Position numbers and translations under genes: made by a program
The notes under the pieces: generated by a model
Told to the model about the DNA's origin: nothing
Databases searched by the model: none
The model's input: only the letters and a program-made list of their open reading frames with translations
Shown: positions 12,240 through 27,900 of the stretch, piece by piece
How positions within the stretch are numbered: the stretch's first letter is position 1
How the letters are laid out: each line of letters begins with the position of its first letter
Origin: Chrysomallon squamiferum
Taxonomy: Eukaryota; Animalia; Mollusca
Assembly: GCA_012295275.1 (NCBI GenBank)
Contig: CM022665.1
Location: 30,690,001 to 30,754,000, forward strand
DNA length: 64,000 nt
Direction: 5' to 3'

Positions 12240-12941
12240 TCTCTGAATTGAAATGGTTTAAACCAATAGTGTTTTAGGTCTTAAAAGACTGCTAGAAAAA
12301 ATATTTTGTTTTATTAGTTATATGCAATTTTAATTTTCTTTATTTTATTTCATTATTATTTTTTATTATTATTATTATTACTTTAAATTTTGAAACAGAC
12401 CAAATGTTTTGAATCACTATATTCTGGGTACTAAAATATCAAAGATAGATACATTTTTACATATTTTGAATACTATGATGTTTAAAGAAGATTGATTAAT
12501 TTGTTTTAATTTAGCTACTTTGTGACAGACTGCTATTTTAGGTTAACATGTGTGCCCCTTTTTATATGATAAAAAGGCTCTGTTTCTTTAAACATTAAGC
12601 AAGCTGTGAATTCATCAGTGGCAATTTCTGACACTTCATATCTGTCATCAAATAAGTAAATTTTTATTTTTTTATTTTTTTATTTGCCTCTGTATATCAG
12701 TTGCAAATGAGTAAATTTCCATTCAATTTTGTTAAACCAACTAGTTTAGTGGTTAATGGTTTATGCTTTTACTTTAATATCACACATTCAATTATCTTTA
12801 GTTAAATCTACTGTGGGTAAGTCTGTTATTCACAAATTTTTTATAAAAACAAACAAACAAATGACTTGGAAGACTATTGAATTCAGTGAATTCAGCAGGA
12901 GAGCTTTCTTCGCCATGAAAATAATTAATTTTTTTTTTTTT

Positions 12942-12945
<4 letters not shown>

Positions 12946-12978
<33 letters not shown>
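12946..12978. repeat. (TG)n microsatellite
   Basis: Pure TG run. Confidence 0.97.
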
Positions 12979-12979
<1 letters not shown>

Positions 12980-15900
12980 CAGAATTAGGAGTATATTTGC
13001 ATTCACTTTGTTAAATCAACCAGTTTAGTGGTTAATAGTTTATGCTTTTACTTATTAACATCTTTAATGTTACACATTCAAATATCTTTAGTTAAATTTA
13101 GTGTGGGTTAAAGTCCGTTATTCGCCACGTTTGGATACAAATAATTACATACAAGACTATTGAATTTTCTCTTCCATGAAAATAATTAAAAAAAAAAAAC
13201 TTATTAATGTTTATTTTTATTATGATTTTTATTTTTCCTTAAAAAAGAAAATTAAGAAACCCGAATATCTGACCTTTTTTTCTTCTTTTTTTGAGTGAAC
13301 AGGTATAATGACTTTTCATGTTTCAGTTATGACTGTTCTTTAACATTTATGTGTTGGTATGTTTTTTTCTTTTTCTTTTTTTTTAGTTTATTTCCTCTGG
13401 CTGTTTTGCCATTCAAACTTAATTTCCTTGATAAATGCTTTTGACAGTTGACTACAAAACTCACAAACTCCTCATCAGAATTACTTTCTAGAAATAAATT
13501 AAAAAAATATTATTATTATTATTAATTTTTATTTTTGTTATTATTTTTTATTTTATTTAAAAAGAAAATAAAAAAACCCGAACATCTCACCTGTTTTTTT
13601 TTTTTTTTTTTTTTGAGTAAACAAATATAATAACTTACTGTTTCAATGATGACTGTTTTCTAATATTTTTTTGCAGTTTTTTTTGTCTTGTTTTTTTTCA
13701 TTTATTTCATACGGCTGTTTTGCCTTCCATACTTACTTTTCTTGATAAATACTCTTGACAGCTGGATAAAAAACTGAGAAACTCCTCTTCAGAATAACTT
13801 TCTGATAACTTTCAGATAGCTGCAGTAATTTGAACTCAACAAAATTTTAAAAAGATTTTGAAAACTTCAAAGAAATTATTTTAATATAATAAATTTGAAT
13901 GTATTTTTCTTGAACTTCTAGACGTAATTTTCAGTTTTAACTAGTTTAACAGTTTTACTTAATAACTTATGTCATTTAAAATAATGAATTTGTGAAAGAA
14001 TCTTTTGTTCTTAAGAAAAAAAACTAGTCCATTGTTTTAGAGATTGATTTTATTATAATTTATGTTAATTCATGAGGATATCCGTAAAAGGCTTTCGGTC
14101 TGGATAACAGTATGCTAGCTGAGCAGTTTTTTACATTGACTTTTGAAGTGTGCACAAAACGGGAATTTTCTTTTTCATCTTCTATATGTATGTAGATCTA
14201 TTTCTAAGAAACATCAATATATGAATTGACATAATGAATCCTCCTATAGGAAAGCATTGGTCCATTTCTGTAATCTTAGTTTGGTATTTAAATCATTTTA
14301 ATATATTTTTCGTCTTCTTTAATGCTGTTTTGCATTTGATACTTAATTCTCTTGATAAATAGTCTTGACAGTTGACCACAAAACTAAGAAACTCCTCTTC
14401 AGAACTTCCATAGGCACGGTAATTTGAACTGTACAAAAAAAGAAAAAGAAAAACAGATTAATTCAAGGCTAATTATTTTTCTCGTTAAGTATAAAATAAT
14501 TCCCAGTTGTTCATTGGTGGTGAATTGTGAGGTTCATCATTTTCAGGAAAATTATTATTTTTTTTATTTTTTTTCTCTGTAACTGGTTAATTAAGAGTAT
14601 ATGTGCACATTTGAATATCTTTGCTTAAATATAATGTGAATTAAATAATGTTATTCAAGTCTTTGAAGGAAAAAGTGATGAAGCAAGGCTAGTGAATTTT
14701 CTCATGTCCAGTAAAAAATAACTTTCAGTCTATGCATCAATGGCAAATTGTGAAGTTTCATTGCCTTCACATAGAACATACATCACTTCTGGGTTCATTT
14801 TTGTAGATTAGGAGTATATTTGCATTTGCTGTTCTTAATCCAACCAGTTGAGTGGTTAATGGTTTATGCTTCTAGTTGGTGACATCTTTAATATTACACA
14901 TTCAGTTATCTTTGGTTAAGTCTTTTGTGGGTTAAAGCCATTATTTGTAACTTTTGGATAAAAGAAATTATATACAAGACTACTGAATTTTCTACTGCTT
15001 TAAAAAATAATTTTCTCCTATAGGAAAGCATTTGTCCATTTCTGTAATGTTAATTTGGTATTTAAATCACTTTAATATATTTTGCAGGTTCTTGAAAAAA
15101 AGAAGAAAAAACACCCTTGTTAAATCAAGGCTAATTATTTTTCTCATGCAGTGTAAAATAATTCCCTGTCCACCAATGGTATATGAAGAGTATACGTGCA
15201 CATTCGAATATCTTTGTTTTCTAATATTTTGGTGACTGTTTTTTGGTGGGTTTTTTTTTTTTGCCATTTATATCTTGTGGCTGTTATGCATTTGATACTT
15301 AATTCTCTTGACAAAAATCCTTGATAGTTAATTTCTGTAAAGCAGGAGTATATTTGCATTGGTGTTGTAATCCATCCAACCAATTGAGTGGTTAATGGTT
15401 TATGCATTTACTTGGTGACATCTTTAATATTACACATTCAAATTATCTTTTGTTAAATCTTGTGTGGGTTAAAGTTCGTTATACGCAACTTTTGGATAAA
15501 AAAAAAAATTACATACAAGAGTACTGAATTTTCTTGTGTAGTAAAAAATAATTTTGAGTGAATTCAGCAGTAGTAATTTATGAGGTTTTTTATTTTCATG
15601 AAAATAATAGTAAAAAAAATATTCTTATTGTTTTTTATTTATTTATTTTTTTTTTCTTAAAGAAAATTAAAACTGAATATCTGGTCTTTTTTTTTTTTTA
15701 ATAAACAGGTGTAATGACTTTTACTATTTTAATGACTGTTTTCTAATATTTTGGTGGGTGTTTTTGGGTGTTTTTTTTTTTTCCATTTATATCTTGTGGC
15801 TGTTTTGCATTTGATACTTGATTCTCTTGATAAATAGTCTTGACAGTTGACTACAAAACTAAGAAACTCCTCTTCAGAACTTCGATAGGCACTGTAATTT

Positions 15901-18900
15901 GAATTGTAGAAAAAAAAAAGAAGAAGAAAAACAGTTTAATTCAAGGCTAATTATTTTTCTCTTGTTAAGTATAAAATAATTCCCAGTTGTTCATTGGTGG
16001 TGAATTGTGAGGTTCATCATTTTCAGGAAAATTATTATTTTTTTTATTTTTTTTCTCTGTAACTGGTTAATTAAGAGTATATGTGCACATTTGAATATCT
16101 TTGCTTAAATATAATGTGAATTAAATAATGTTATTCAAGTCTTTGAAGGAAAAAGTGATGAAGCAAGGCTAGTGAATTTTCTCATGTCCAGTAAAAAATA
16201 ACTTTCAGTCTATGCATCAATGGCAAATTGTGAAGTTTCATTGCCTTCACATAGAACATACATCACTTCTGGGTTCATTTTTGTAGATTAGGAGTATATT
16301 TGCATTTGCTGTTGTTAATCCAACCAGTTGAGTGGTTAATGGTTTATGCTTCTAGTTGGTGACATCTTTAATATTACACATTCAATTATCTTTGGTTAAG
16401 TCTTTTGTGGGTTAAAGCCATTATTTGTAACTTTTGGATAAAAGAAATTATATACAAGACTACTGAATATTCTACTGCTGTAAAAAATAATTTTGTCGTT
16501 TAGGAAAGCATTTGTCCATTTCTGTAATGTTAATTTGGTATTTAAATCACTTTAATATATTTTGCAGATTCTTGAGAAAAACAGAAAAAAACACCCTGGT
16601 TAAATCAAGGCTAATTATTTTTCTCATGCAGTGTAAAATAATTCCCAGTCCACCGATGGTATATGAAGAGTATACGTGCACATTCGAATATCTTTGTTTT
16701 CTAATATTTTGGTGACTGTTTTTTGTTTTTTGTTTTTTTTCTTTTGCCATTTATATCTTCTGGCTGTTTTGCATTTGATACTTAATTCTCTTGACAAATA
16801 TCCATCACAGTTGATTTCTGTAAAGCAGGAGTATATTTGCATTGGTGTTGTTAATCCAACCAATTGAGTGGTTAATGGTTTATGCATTTACTTGGTGACA
16901 TCTTTAATATTACACATTCAAATTATCTTTTGTTAAATCTAGTGTGGGTTAAAGTTCGTTATTTGCAACATTTGGATAAAAAAAAAAATTACATACAAGA
17001 GTACTGAATTTTCTCGTGTAGTAAAAAATAATTTTGAGTGAATTCAGCAGTAGTAATTTATGAGGTTTTTTATTTTCATGAAAATAATAGTAAAAAAATA
17101 TTCTTATTGTTTTTTATTTATATTTTTTTTTTCTTAAAGAAAATTAAAACTGAATATTTTTTTTTTTTTTAATAAACAGGTGTAATGACTTTTACTATTT
17201 TAATGACTGTTTTCTAATATTTTGGTGGGTGTTTTGGGTTTTTTTTTTTTTTTTTTTCCATTTAGATCTTGTGGCTGTTTTGCATTTGATACTTAATTCT
17301 CTTGATAAATAGTCTTGACAGTTGACTACAAAACTAAGAAACTCCTCTTCAGAATTTCGATAGGCACTGTAATTTGAATTGTACAAAAAAAGAAGAAGAA
17401 AAACAGATTAATTCAAGGCTAATTATTTTTCTTGTTAAGTATAAAATAATTCCCAGTTGTTCATTGGTGGTGAATTGTGAGGTTCATCATTTTCAGGAAA
17501 ATTATTATTTTTTTTATTTTTTTTCTCTGTAACTGGTTAATTAAGAGTATATGTGCACATTTGAATATCTTTGCTTAAATATAATGTGGATTAAATTATG
17601 TTATTGAAGTCTTTGAAGGAGAAAGTGATGAAGCAAGGCTTGTGAATTTTCTCATGTCCAGTAAAAAATAACTTTCAGTCTATGCATCAATGGCAAATTG
17701 TGAAGTTTCATTGCCTTCACATAGAACATACATCACTTCTGGGTTCATTTTTGTAGATTAGGAGTAAATTTGCATTTCCTGTTGTTAGTCCAACCAGTTG
17801 AGTGGTTAATGGTTTATTCTTTTAGTTGGTGACATCTTTAATATTACACAATCAGTTATCTTTCGTTAAGTCTTTTGTGGGTTAAAGTCATTATTTGTAA
17901 CCTTTGGATAAAAAAGAAAATGTCATACAATACTATTGAATTTTGTGAGGCAGTAAAAAATAACTTTCACTCTATGCATCAATGGCAAATTGTGAAGTTT
18001 CATTGCCTTCACTTTGAGCATACATCACTTCTGGGTTCATTTTTGTAGATTAGGAGTAAATTTGCATTTCCTGTTGTTAGTCCAACCAGTTGAGTGGTTA
18101 ATGGTTTAGGATTCTACTTGGTGACATCTTTAATATTACACATTCAGTTATCTTTGGTTAAGTCTTTTGTGGGTTAAAGCCATTATTTGTAACTTTTGGA
18201 TAAAAGAAATTATATACAAGACTACTGAATTTTCTCATGCTGTAAAAAATAATTTTCTCCTATAGGAAAGCATTTGTCCATTTCTGTAATGTTAATTTGC
18301 TATTTAAATCACTTTAATATATTTTGCTGGTTCTTGAAAAAAAAAAAAAAAAACCCTGGTTAAATCAAGGCTAATTATTTTTCTCATGCAGTGTAAAATA
18401 ATTCCCAGTCCACTGATGGTATATGAAGAGTATACCTGGACATTCGAATATCTTTGTTTTCTAATATTTTGGTGACTGTTTTTTAGTTTTTTTTTCCATT
18501 TATATCTTGTGGTTGTTTTGCATTTGATAATTAATTCTCTTGATAAATAGTCTTGACAGTTGATTTCTGTAAAGCAGGAGTATATTTGCATTGGTGTTGT
18601 TAATCCAACCAATTGAGTGGTTAATGGTTTATGCATTTACTTGGTGACATCTTTAATATTACACATTCAAATTATCTTTTGTTAAATCTTGTGTGTGTTA
18701 AAGTTCGTTATTCGCAACCTTTGGATAAAAAAAAAAATTACATACAACAGTACTGAATTTTCTCGTGTAGTAAAAATTTTTTAGTGAATTCAGCAGTCGT
18801 AATTTATGAGGTTTTTTATCTTTCATGAAAATAATAGTAAAAAAAAGATTCTTATTGTTTTTTATTTTTATTTTTTTTTTTCTTAAAGAAAATTAAAACT

Positions 18901-21900
18901 GAATATCTGGTCTTTTTTTTTTTTAAAAAACATGTGTAATGACTTTTACTATTTTAATGACTGTTTTCTAATATTTTGGTGACTGTTTTTGGGTGGTTTT
19001 TTTTTTTTCCATTTATATCTTGTGGCTGTTTTGCATTTGATACTTAATTCTCTTGATAAATAGTCTTGACAGTTGACTACAAAACTAAGAAACTCCTCTT
19101 CAGAACATCGATAGGCACTGTAATTTGAATTGTAGAAAAAAAAAGAAGAAGAAAAACAGTTTAATTCAAGGCTAATTATTTTTCTCGTTAAGTATAAAAT
19201 AATTCCCAATTGTTCATTGGTGGTGAATTGTGAGGTTCATCATTTTCAGGAAAATTATTTTTATTTTTATTTTTTTTTTCTCTGTAACTGATTAATTAAG
19301 AGTATATGTGCACATTTGAATATCTTTGCTTAAATATAATGTGGATTAAATTATGTTATTCAAGTCTTTGAAGGAAAAAGTGATGAAGCAAGGCTAGTGA
19401 ATTTTCTCATGTCCAGTAAAAAATAACTTTCAGTCTATGCATCAATGGCAAATTGTGAAGTTTCATTGCCTTCACATAGAACATACATCACTTCTGGGTT
19501 CATTTTGGTAGATTAGGAGTATATTTGCATTTGCTGTTGTTAATCCAACCAGTTGAGTGGTTAATGGTTTATGCTTCTAGTTGGTGACATCTTTAATATT
19601 ACACATTCAATTATCTTTGGTTAAGTCTTTTGTGGGTTAAAGCCATTATTTGTAACTTTTGGATAAAAGAAATTATATACAAGACTACTGAATATTCTAC
19701 TGCTGTAAAAAATAATTTTGTCGTTTAGGAAAGCATTTGTCCATTTCTGTAATGTTAATTTGGTATTTAAATCACTTTAATATATTTTGCAGATTCTTGA
19801 GAAAAAAAAAAGAAAAAAAACACCCTGGTTAAATCAAGGCTAATTATTTTTCTCATGCAGTGTAAAATAATTCCCAGTCCACCGATGGTATATGAAGAGT
19901 ATACGTGCACATTCGAATATCTTTGTTTTCTAATATTTTGGTGACTGTTTTTTGTTTTTTTTTTTTTTTCTTTTGCCATTTATATCTTCTGGCTGTTTTG
20001 CATTTGATACTTAATTCTCTTGACAAATATCCATCACAGTTGATTTCTGTAAAGCAGGAGTATATTTGCATTGGTGTTGTTAATCCAACCAATTGAGTGG
20101 TTAATGGTTTATGCATTTACTTGGTGACATCTTTAATATTACACATTCAAATTATCTTTTGTTAAATCTAGTGTGGGTTAAAGTTCGTTATTTGCAACAT
20201 TTGGATAAAAAAAAAAAATTACATACAAGAGTACTGAATTTTCTCGTGTAGTAAAAAATAATTTTGAGTTAATTCAGCAGTAGTAATTTATGAGGTTTTT
20301 TATTTTCATGAAAATAATAGTAAAAAAATATTCTTATTTTTTTTATTTTTTCTTAAAGAAAATTAAAACTGAATATCTGGTCTTTTTTTTTTAATAAACA
20401 GGTGTAATGACTTTTACTATTTTAATGACTGTTTTCTAATATTTTGGTGGGTGTTTTGGGGTTTTTTTTTTTTTTTTTTCCATTTATATCTTGTGGCTGT
20501 TTTGCATTTGATACTTGATTCTCTTGATAAATAGTCTTGACAGTTGACTACAAAACTAAGAAACTCCTCTTCAGAATTTCGATAGGCACTGTAATTTGAA
20601 TTGTACAAAAAAAGAAGAAGAAAAACAGATTAATTCAAGGCTAATTATTTTTCTCGTTAAGTATAAAATAATTCCCAGTTGTTCATTGGTGGTGAATTGT
20701 GAGGTTCATCATTTTCAGGAAAATTATTATTTTTTTTATTTTTTTTCTCTGTAACTGGTTAATTAAGAGTATATGTGCACATTTGAATATCTTTGCTTAA
20801 ATATAATGTGAATTAAATAATGTTATTCAAGTCTTTGAAGGAAAAAGTGATGAAGCAAGGCTAGTGAATTTTCTCATGTCCAGTAAAAAATAACTTTCAG
20901 TCTATGCATCAATGGCAAATTGTGAAGTTTCATTGCCTTCACATAGAACATACATCACTTCTGGGTTCATTTTTGTAGATTAGGAGTATATTTGCATTTG
21001 CTGTTCTTAATCCAACCAGTTGAGTGGTTAATGGTTTATGCTTCTAGTTGGTGACATCTTTAATATTACACATTCAGTTATCTTTGGTTAAGTCTTTTGT
21101 GGGTTAAAGCCATTATTTGTAACTTTTGGATAAAAGAAATTATATACAAGACTACTGAATTTTCTACTGCTGTAAAAAATAATTTTCTCCTATAGGAAAG
21201 CATTTGTCCATTTCTGTAATGTTAATTTGGTATTTAAATCACTTTAATATATTTTGCAGGTTCTTGAAAAAAAGAAGAAAAAACACCCTTGTTAAATCAA
21301 GGCTAATTATTTTTCTCATGCAGTGTAAAATAATTCCCTGTCCACCAATGGTATATGAAGAGTATACGTGCACATTCGAATATCTTTGTTTTCTAATATT
21401 TTGGTGACTGTTTTTTGGTGATTTTTTTTTTTTTGCCATTTATATCTTGTGGCTGTTATGCATTTGATACTTAATTCTCTTGACAAAAATCCTTGATAGT
21501 TAATTTCTGTAAAGCAGGAGTATATTTGCATTGGTGTTGTTAATCCAACCAATTGAGTGGTTAATGGTTTATGCATTTACTTGGTGACATCTTTAATATT
21601 ACACATTCAAATTATCTTTTGTTAAATCTTGTGTGGGTTAAAGTTCGTTATTTGCAACATTTGGATAAAAAAAAAAAATTACATACAAGAGTACTGAATT
21701 TTCTCGTGTAGTAAAAAATAATTTTGAGTGAATTCAGCAGTAGTAATTTATGAGGTTTTTTATTTTCATGAAAATAATAGTAAAAAAATATTCTTACTGT
21801 TTTTTATTTTTTATTTTTTCTTAAAGAAAATTAAAACTGAATATCTGGTCTTTTTTTTTTAATAAACAGGTGTAATGACTTTTACTATTTTAATGACTGT

Positions 21901-24900
21901 TTTCTAATATTTTGGTGGGTGTTTTGGGTTTTTTTTTTTTTTTTTTTTTTTTTCCATTTAGATCTTGTGGCTGTTTTGCATTTGATACTTAATTCTCTTG
22001 ATAAATAGTCTTGACAGTTGACTACAAAACTAAGAAACTCCTCTTCAGAATTTCGATAGGCACTGTAATTTGAATTGTACAAAAAAAGAAGAAGAAAAAC
22101 AGATTAATTCAAGGCTAATTATTTTTCTCGTTAAGTATAAAATAATTCCCAGTTGTTCATTGGTGGTGAATTGTGAGGTTCATCATTTTCAGGAAAATTA
22201 TTATTTTTTTTATTTTTTTTCTCTGTAACTGGTTAATTAAGAGTATATGTGCACATTTGAATATCTTTGCTTAAATATAATGTGAATTAAATAATGTTAT
22301 TCAAGTCTTTGAAGGAAAAAGTGATGAAGCAAGGCTAGTGAATTTTCTCATGTCCAGTAAAAAATAACTTTCAGTCTATGCATCAATGGCAAATTGTGAA
22401 GTTTCATTGCCTTCACATAGAACATACATCACTTCTGGGTTCATTTTTGTAGATTAGGAGTATATTTGCATTTCCTCTTGTTAATCCAACCAGTTGAGTG
22501 GTTAATGGTTTATGAATTTACTTCGTGACACCTTTAATATTACACATTCAATTATCTTTGGTTAAGTCTTTTGTGGGTTAAAGCCATTATTTGTAACTTT
22601 TGGATAAAAGAAATTATATACAAGACTACTGAATTTTCTACTGCTGTAAAAAATAATTTTCTCCTATAGGAAAGCATTTGTCCATTTCTGTAATGTTAAT
22701 TTGGTATTTAAATCACTTTAATATATTTTGCAGGTTCTTGAAAAAAAGAAGAAAAAACACCCTTGTTAAATCAAGGCTAATTATTTTTCTCATGCAGTGT
22801 AAAATAATTCCCTGTCCACCAATGGTATATGAAGAGTATACGTGCACATTCGAATATCTTTGTTTTCTAATATTTTGGTGACTGTTTTTTGGTGGGTTTT
22901 TTTTTTTGCCATTTATATCTTGTGGCTGTTATGCATTTGATACTTAATTCTCTTGACAAAAATCCTTGATAGTTAATTTCTGTAAAGCAGGAGTATATTT
23001 GCATTGGTGTTGTTAATCCAACCAATTGAGTGGTTAATGGTTTATGCATTTACTTGGTGACATCTTTAATATTACACATTCAAATTATCTTTTGTTAAAT
23101 CTTGTGTGGGTTAAAGTTCGTTATTTGCAACATTTGGATAAAAAAAAAAATTACATACAAGAGTACTGAATTTTCTTGTGTAGTAAAAAATAATTTTGAG
23201 TGAATTCAGCAGTAGTAATTTATGAGGTTTTTTATTTTCATGAAAATAATAGTAAAAAAAATATTCTTATTGTTTTTTATTTATTTATTTTTTTTTTTTC
23301 TTAAAGAAAATTAAAACTGAATATCTGGTCTTTTTTTTTTTTAATAAACAGGTGTAATGACTTTTACTATTTTAATGACTGTTTTCTAATATTTTGGTGG
23401 GTGTTTTTGGGTTTTTTTTTTTTTTTTTTTTTTTCCATTTAGATCTTGTGGCTGTTTTGCATTTGATACTTAATTCTCTTGATAAATAGTCTTGACAGTT
23501 GACTACAAAACTAAGAAACTCCTCTTCAGAATATCGATAGGCACTGTAATTTGAATTGTACAAAAAAAGAAGAAGAAAAACAGATTAATTCAAGGCTAAT
23601 TATTTTTCTCGTTAAGTATAAAATAATTCCCAGTTGTTCATTGGTGGTGAATTGTGAGGTTCATCATTTTCAGGAAAATTATTATTTTTTTTTTTTTTTT
23701 TCTCTGTAACTGGTTAATTAAGAGTATATGTGCACATTTGAATATCTTTGCTTAAATATAATGTGAATTAAATAATGTTATTCAAGTCTTTGAAGGAAAA
23801 AGTGATGAAGCAAGGCTAGTGAATTTTCTCATGTCCAGTAAAAAATAACTTTCAGTCTATGCATCAATGGCAAATTGTGAAGTTTCATTGCCTTCACATA
23901 GAACATACATCACTTCTGGGTTCATTTTTGTAGATTAGGAGTAAATTTGCATTTCCTGTTGTTAGTCCAACCAGTTGAGTGGTTAATGGTTTATGCTTCT
24001 AGTTGGTGACATCTTTAATATTACACATTCAGTTATCTTTGGTTAAGTCTTTTGTGGGTTAAAGCCATTATTTGTAACTTTTGGATAAAAGAAATTATAT
24101 ACAAGACTACTGAATTTTCTACTGCTGTAAAAAATAATTTTCTCCTATAGGAAAGCATTTGTCCATTTCTGTAATGTTAATTTGGTATTTAAATCACTTT
24201 AATATATTTTGCAGGTTCTTGAAAAAAAGAAGAAAAAACACCCTTGTTAAATCAAGGCTAATTATTTTTCTCATGCAGTGTAAAATAATTCCCTGTCCAC
24301 CAATGGTATATGAAGAGTATACGTGCACATTCGAATATCTTTGTTTTCTAATATTTTGGTGACTGTTTTTTGGTGATGTTTTTTTTTTTGCCATTTATAT
24401 CTTGTGGCTGTTTTGCATTTGATACTTAATTCTCTTGACAAAAATATCCATCATAGTTAATTTCTGTAAAGCAGGAGTATATTTGCATTGGTGTTGTTAA
24501 TCCAACCAATTGAGTGGTTAATGGTTTATGCATTTACTTGGTGACATCTTTAATATTACACATTCAAATTATCTTTTGTTAAATCTTGTGTGGGTTAAAA
24601 AGTTCGTTATTTGCAACATTTGGATAAAAAAAAAAATTACATACAAGAGTACTGAATTTTCTTGTGTAGTAAAAAATAATTTTGAGTGAATTCAGCAGTA
24701 GTAATTTATGAGGTTTTTTATTTTCATGAAAATAATAGTAAAAAAAATATTCTTATTGTTTTTTATTTATTTATTTTTTTTTTTCTTAAAGAAAATTAAA
24801 ACTGAATATCTGGTCTTTTTTTTTTTTAATAAACAGGTGTAATGACTTTTACTATTTTAATGACTGTTTTCTAATATTTTGGTGGGTGTTTTTGGGTGTT

Positions 24901-27900
24901 TTTTTTTTTTTTTTCCATTTATATCTTGTGGCTGTTTTGCATTTGATACTTGATTCTCTTGATAAATAGTCTTGACAGTTGACTACAAAACTAAGAAACT
25001 CCTCTTCAGAACATCAATAGGCACTGTAATTTGAATTGTAGAAAAAAAAAGAAGAAGAAAAACAGTTTAATTCAAGGCTAATTATTTTTCTTGTTAAGTA
25101 TAAAATAATTCCCAATTGTTCATTGGTGGTGAATTGTGAGGTTCATCATTTTCAGGAAAATTATTATTTTTTTTATTTTTTTTCTCTGTAACTGATTAAT
25201 TAAGAGTATATGTGCACATTTGAATATCTTTGCTTAAATATAATGTGAATTAAATAATGTTATTCAAGTCTTTGAAGGAAAAAGTGATGAAGCAAGGCTA
25301 GTGAATTTTCTCATGTCCAGTAAAAAATAACTTTCAGTCTATGCATCAATGGCAAATTGTGAAGTTTCATTGCCTTCACATAGAACATACATCACTTCTG
25401 GGTTCATTTTTGTAGATTAGGAGTATATTTGCATTTGCTGTTGTTAATCCAACCAGTTGAGTGGTTAATGGTTTATGCTTCTAGTTGGTGACATCTTTAA
25501 TATTACACATTCAGTTATCTTTGGTTAAGTCTTTTGTGGGTTAAAGCCATTATTTGTAACCTTTGGATAAAAAAAAAATGTCATACAATACTATTGAATT
25601 TTGTGAGGCAGTAAAAAATAACTTTCACTCTATGCATCAATGGCAAATTGTGAAGTTTCATTGCCTTCACTTTGAACATACATCACTTCTGGGTTCATTT
25701 TTGTAGATTAGGAGTAAATTTGCATTTCCTCTTGTTAATCCAACCAGTTGAGTGGTTAATGGTTTATGCTTCTAGTTGGTGACATCTTTAATATTACACA
25801 TTCAATTATCTTTGGTTAAGTCTTTTGTGGGTTAAAGCCATTATTTGTAACTTTTGGATAAAAGAAATTATATACAAGACTACTGAATATTCTACTGCTG
25901 TAAAAAATAATTTTGTCGTTTAGGAAAGCATTTGTCCATTTCTGTAATGTTAATTTGGTATTTAAATCACTTTAATATATTTTGCAGATTCTTGAAAAAA
26001 ACACAAAAAAACACCCTGGTTAAATCAAGGCTAATTATTTTTCTCATGCAGTGTAAAATAATTCCCAGTCCAGCGATGGTATATGAAGAGTATACGTGCA
26101 CATTCGAATATCTTTGTTTTCTAATATTTTGGTGACTGTTTTTTGTTTTTTGTTTTTTTTCTTTTGCCATTTATATCTTGTGGCTGTTTTGCATTTGATA
26201 CTTAATTCTCTTGACAAATATCCATGACAGTTGATTTCTGTAAAGCAGGAGTATATTTGCATTGGTGTTGTTAATCCAACCAATTGAGTGGTTAATGGTT
26301 TATGCATTTACTTGGTGACATCTTTAATATTACACATTCAAATTATCTTTTGTTAAATCTAGTGTGGGTTAAAGTTCGTTATTTGCAACATTTGGATAAA
26401 AAAAAAAAATTACATACAAGAGTACTGAATTTTCTCGTGTAGTAAAAAATAATTTTGAGTGAATTCAGCAGTAGTAATTTATGAGGTTTTTTATTTTCAT
26501 GAAAATAATAGTAAAAAAATATTCTTATTGTTTTTTATTTTTTTTTTTTTTTTTCTTAAAGAAAATTAAAACTGAATATCTGGTCTTTTTTTTTTAATAA
26601 ACAGGTGTAATGACTTTTACTATTTTAATGACTGTTTTCTAATATTTTGGTGGGTGTTTTGGGTTTTTTTTTTTTTTTTTTTTCCATTTATATCTTGTGG
26701 CTGTTTTGCATTTGATACTTGATTCTCTTGATAAATAGTCTTGACAGTTGACTACAAAACTAAGAAACTCCTCTTCAGAATTTCGATAGGCACTGTAATT
26801 TGAATTGTACAAAAAAAGAAGAAGAAAAACAGATTAATTCAAGGCTAATTATTTTTCTCGTTAAGTATAAAATAATTCCCAGTTGTTCATTGGTGGTGAA
26901 TTGTGAGGTTCATCATTTTCAGGAAAATTATTATTTTTTTTATTTTTTTTCTCTGTAACTGGTTAATTAAGAGTATATGTGCACATTTGAATATCTTTGC
27001 TTAAATATAATGTGAATTAAATAATGTTATTCAAGTCTTTGAAGGAAAAAGTGATGAAGCAAGGCTAGTGAATTTTCTCATGTCCAGTAAAAAATAACTT
27101 TCAGTCTATGCATCAATGGCAAATTGTGAAGTTTCATTGCCTTCACATAGAACATACATCACTTCTGGGTTCATTTTTGTAGATTAGGAGTAAATTTGCA
27201 TTTCCTCTTGTTAATCCAACCAGTTGAGTGGTTAATGGTTTATGCTTCTAGTTGGTGACATCTTTAATATTACACATTCAATTATCTTTGGTTAAGTCTT
27301 TTGTGGGTTAAAGCCATTATTTGTAACCTTTGGATAAAAAAAAAATGTCATACAATACTATTGAATTTTGTGAGGCAGTAAAAAATAACTTTCACTCTAT
27401 TTTGTTTCATTGCCTTCACTTTGAGCATACATCACTTCTGGGTTCAAGGAGTAAATTTGCATTTCCTGTTGTTAGTCCAACCAGTTGAGTGGTTAATGGT
27501 TTAGGATTCCATTATTTTAATATTACACATTCACTTTGGTTTGGAAAGCCAAAACTTTTGGATAAAAGAAATTATATACAAGACTACTGAATATTCTACT
27601 GCTGTAAAAAATAATTTTGTCGTTTAGGAAAGCATTTGTCCATTTCTGTAATGTTAATTTGGTATTTAAATCACTTTAATATATTTTGCAGATTCCTGAA
27701 AAAAACACAAAAAAACACCCTGGTTAAATCAAGGCTAATTATTTTTCTCATGCAGTGTAAAATAATTCCCAGTCCAGCGATGGTATATGAAGAGTATACC
27801 TGGACATTCGAATATCTTTGTTTTCTAATATTTTGGTGACTGACTGTTTTTGTTTTTTTTTTTTTTTTTTTTTTGCCATTTATATCTTGTGGCTGTTTTG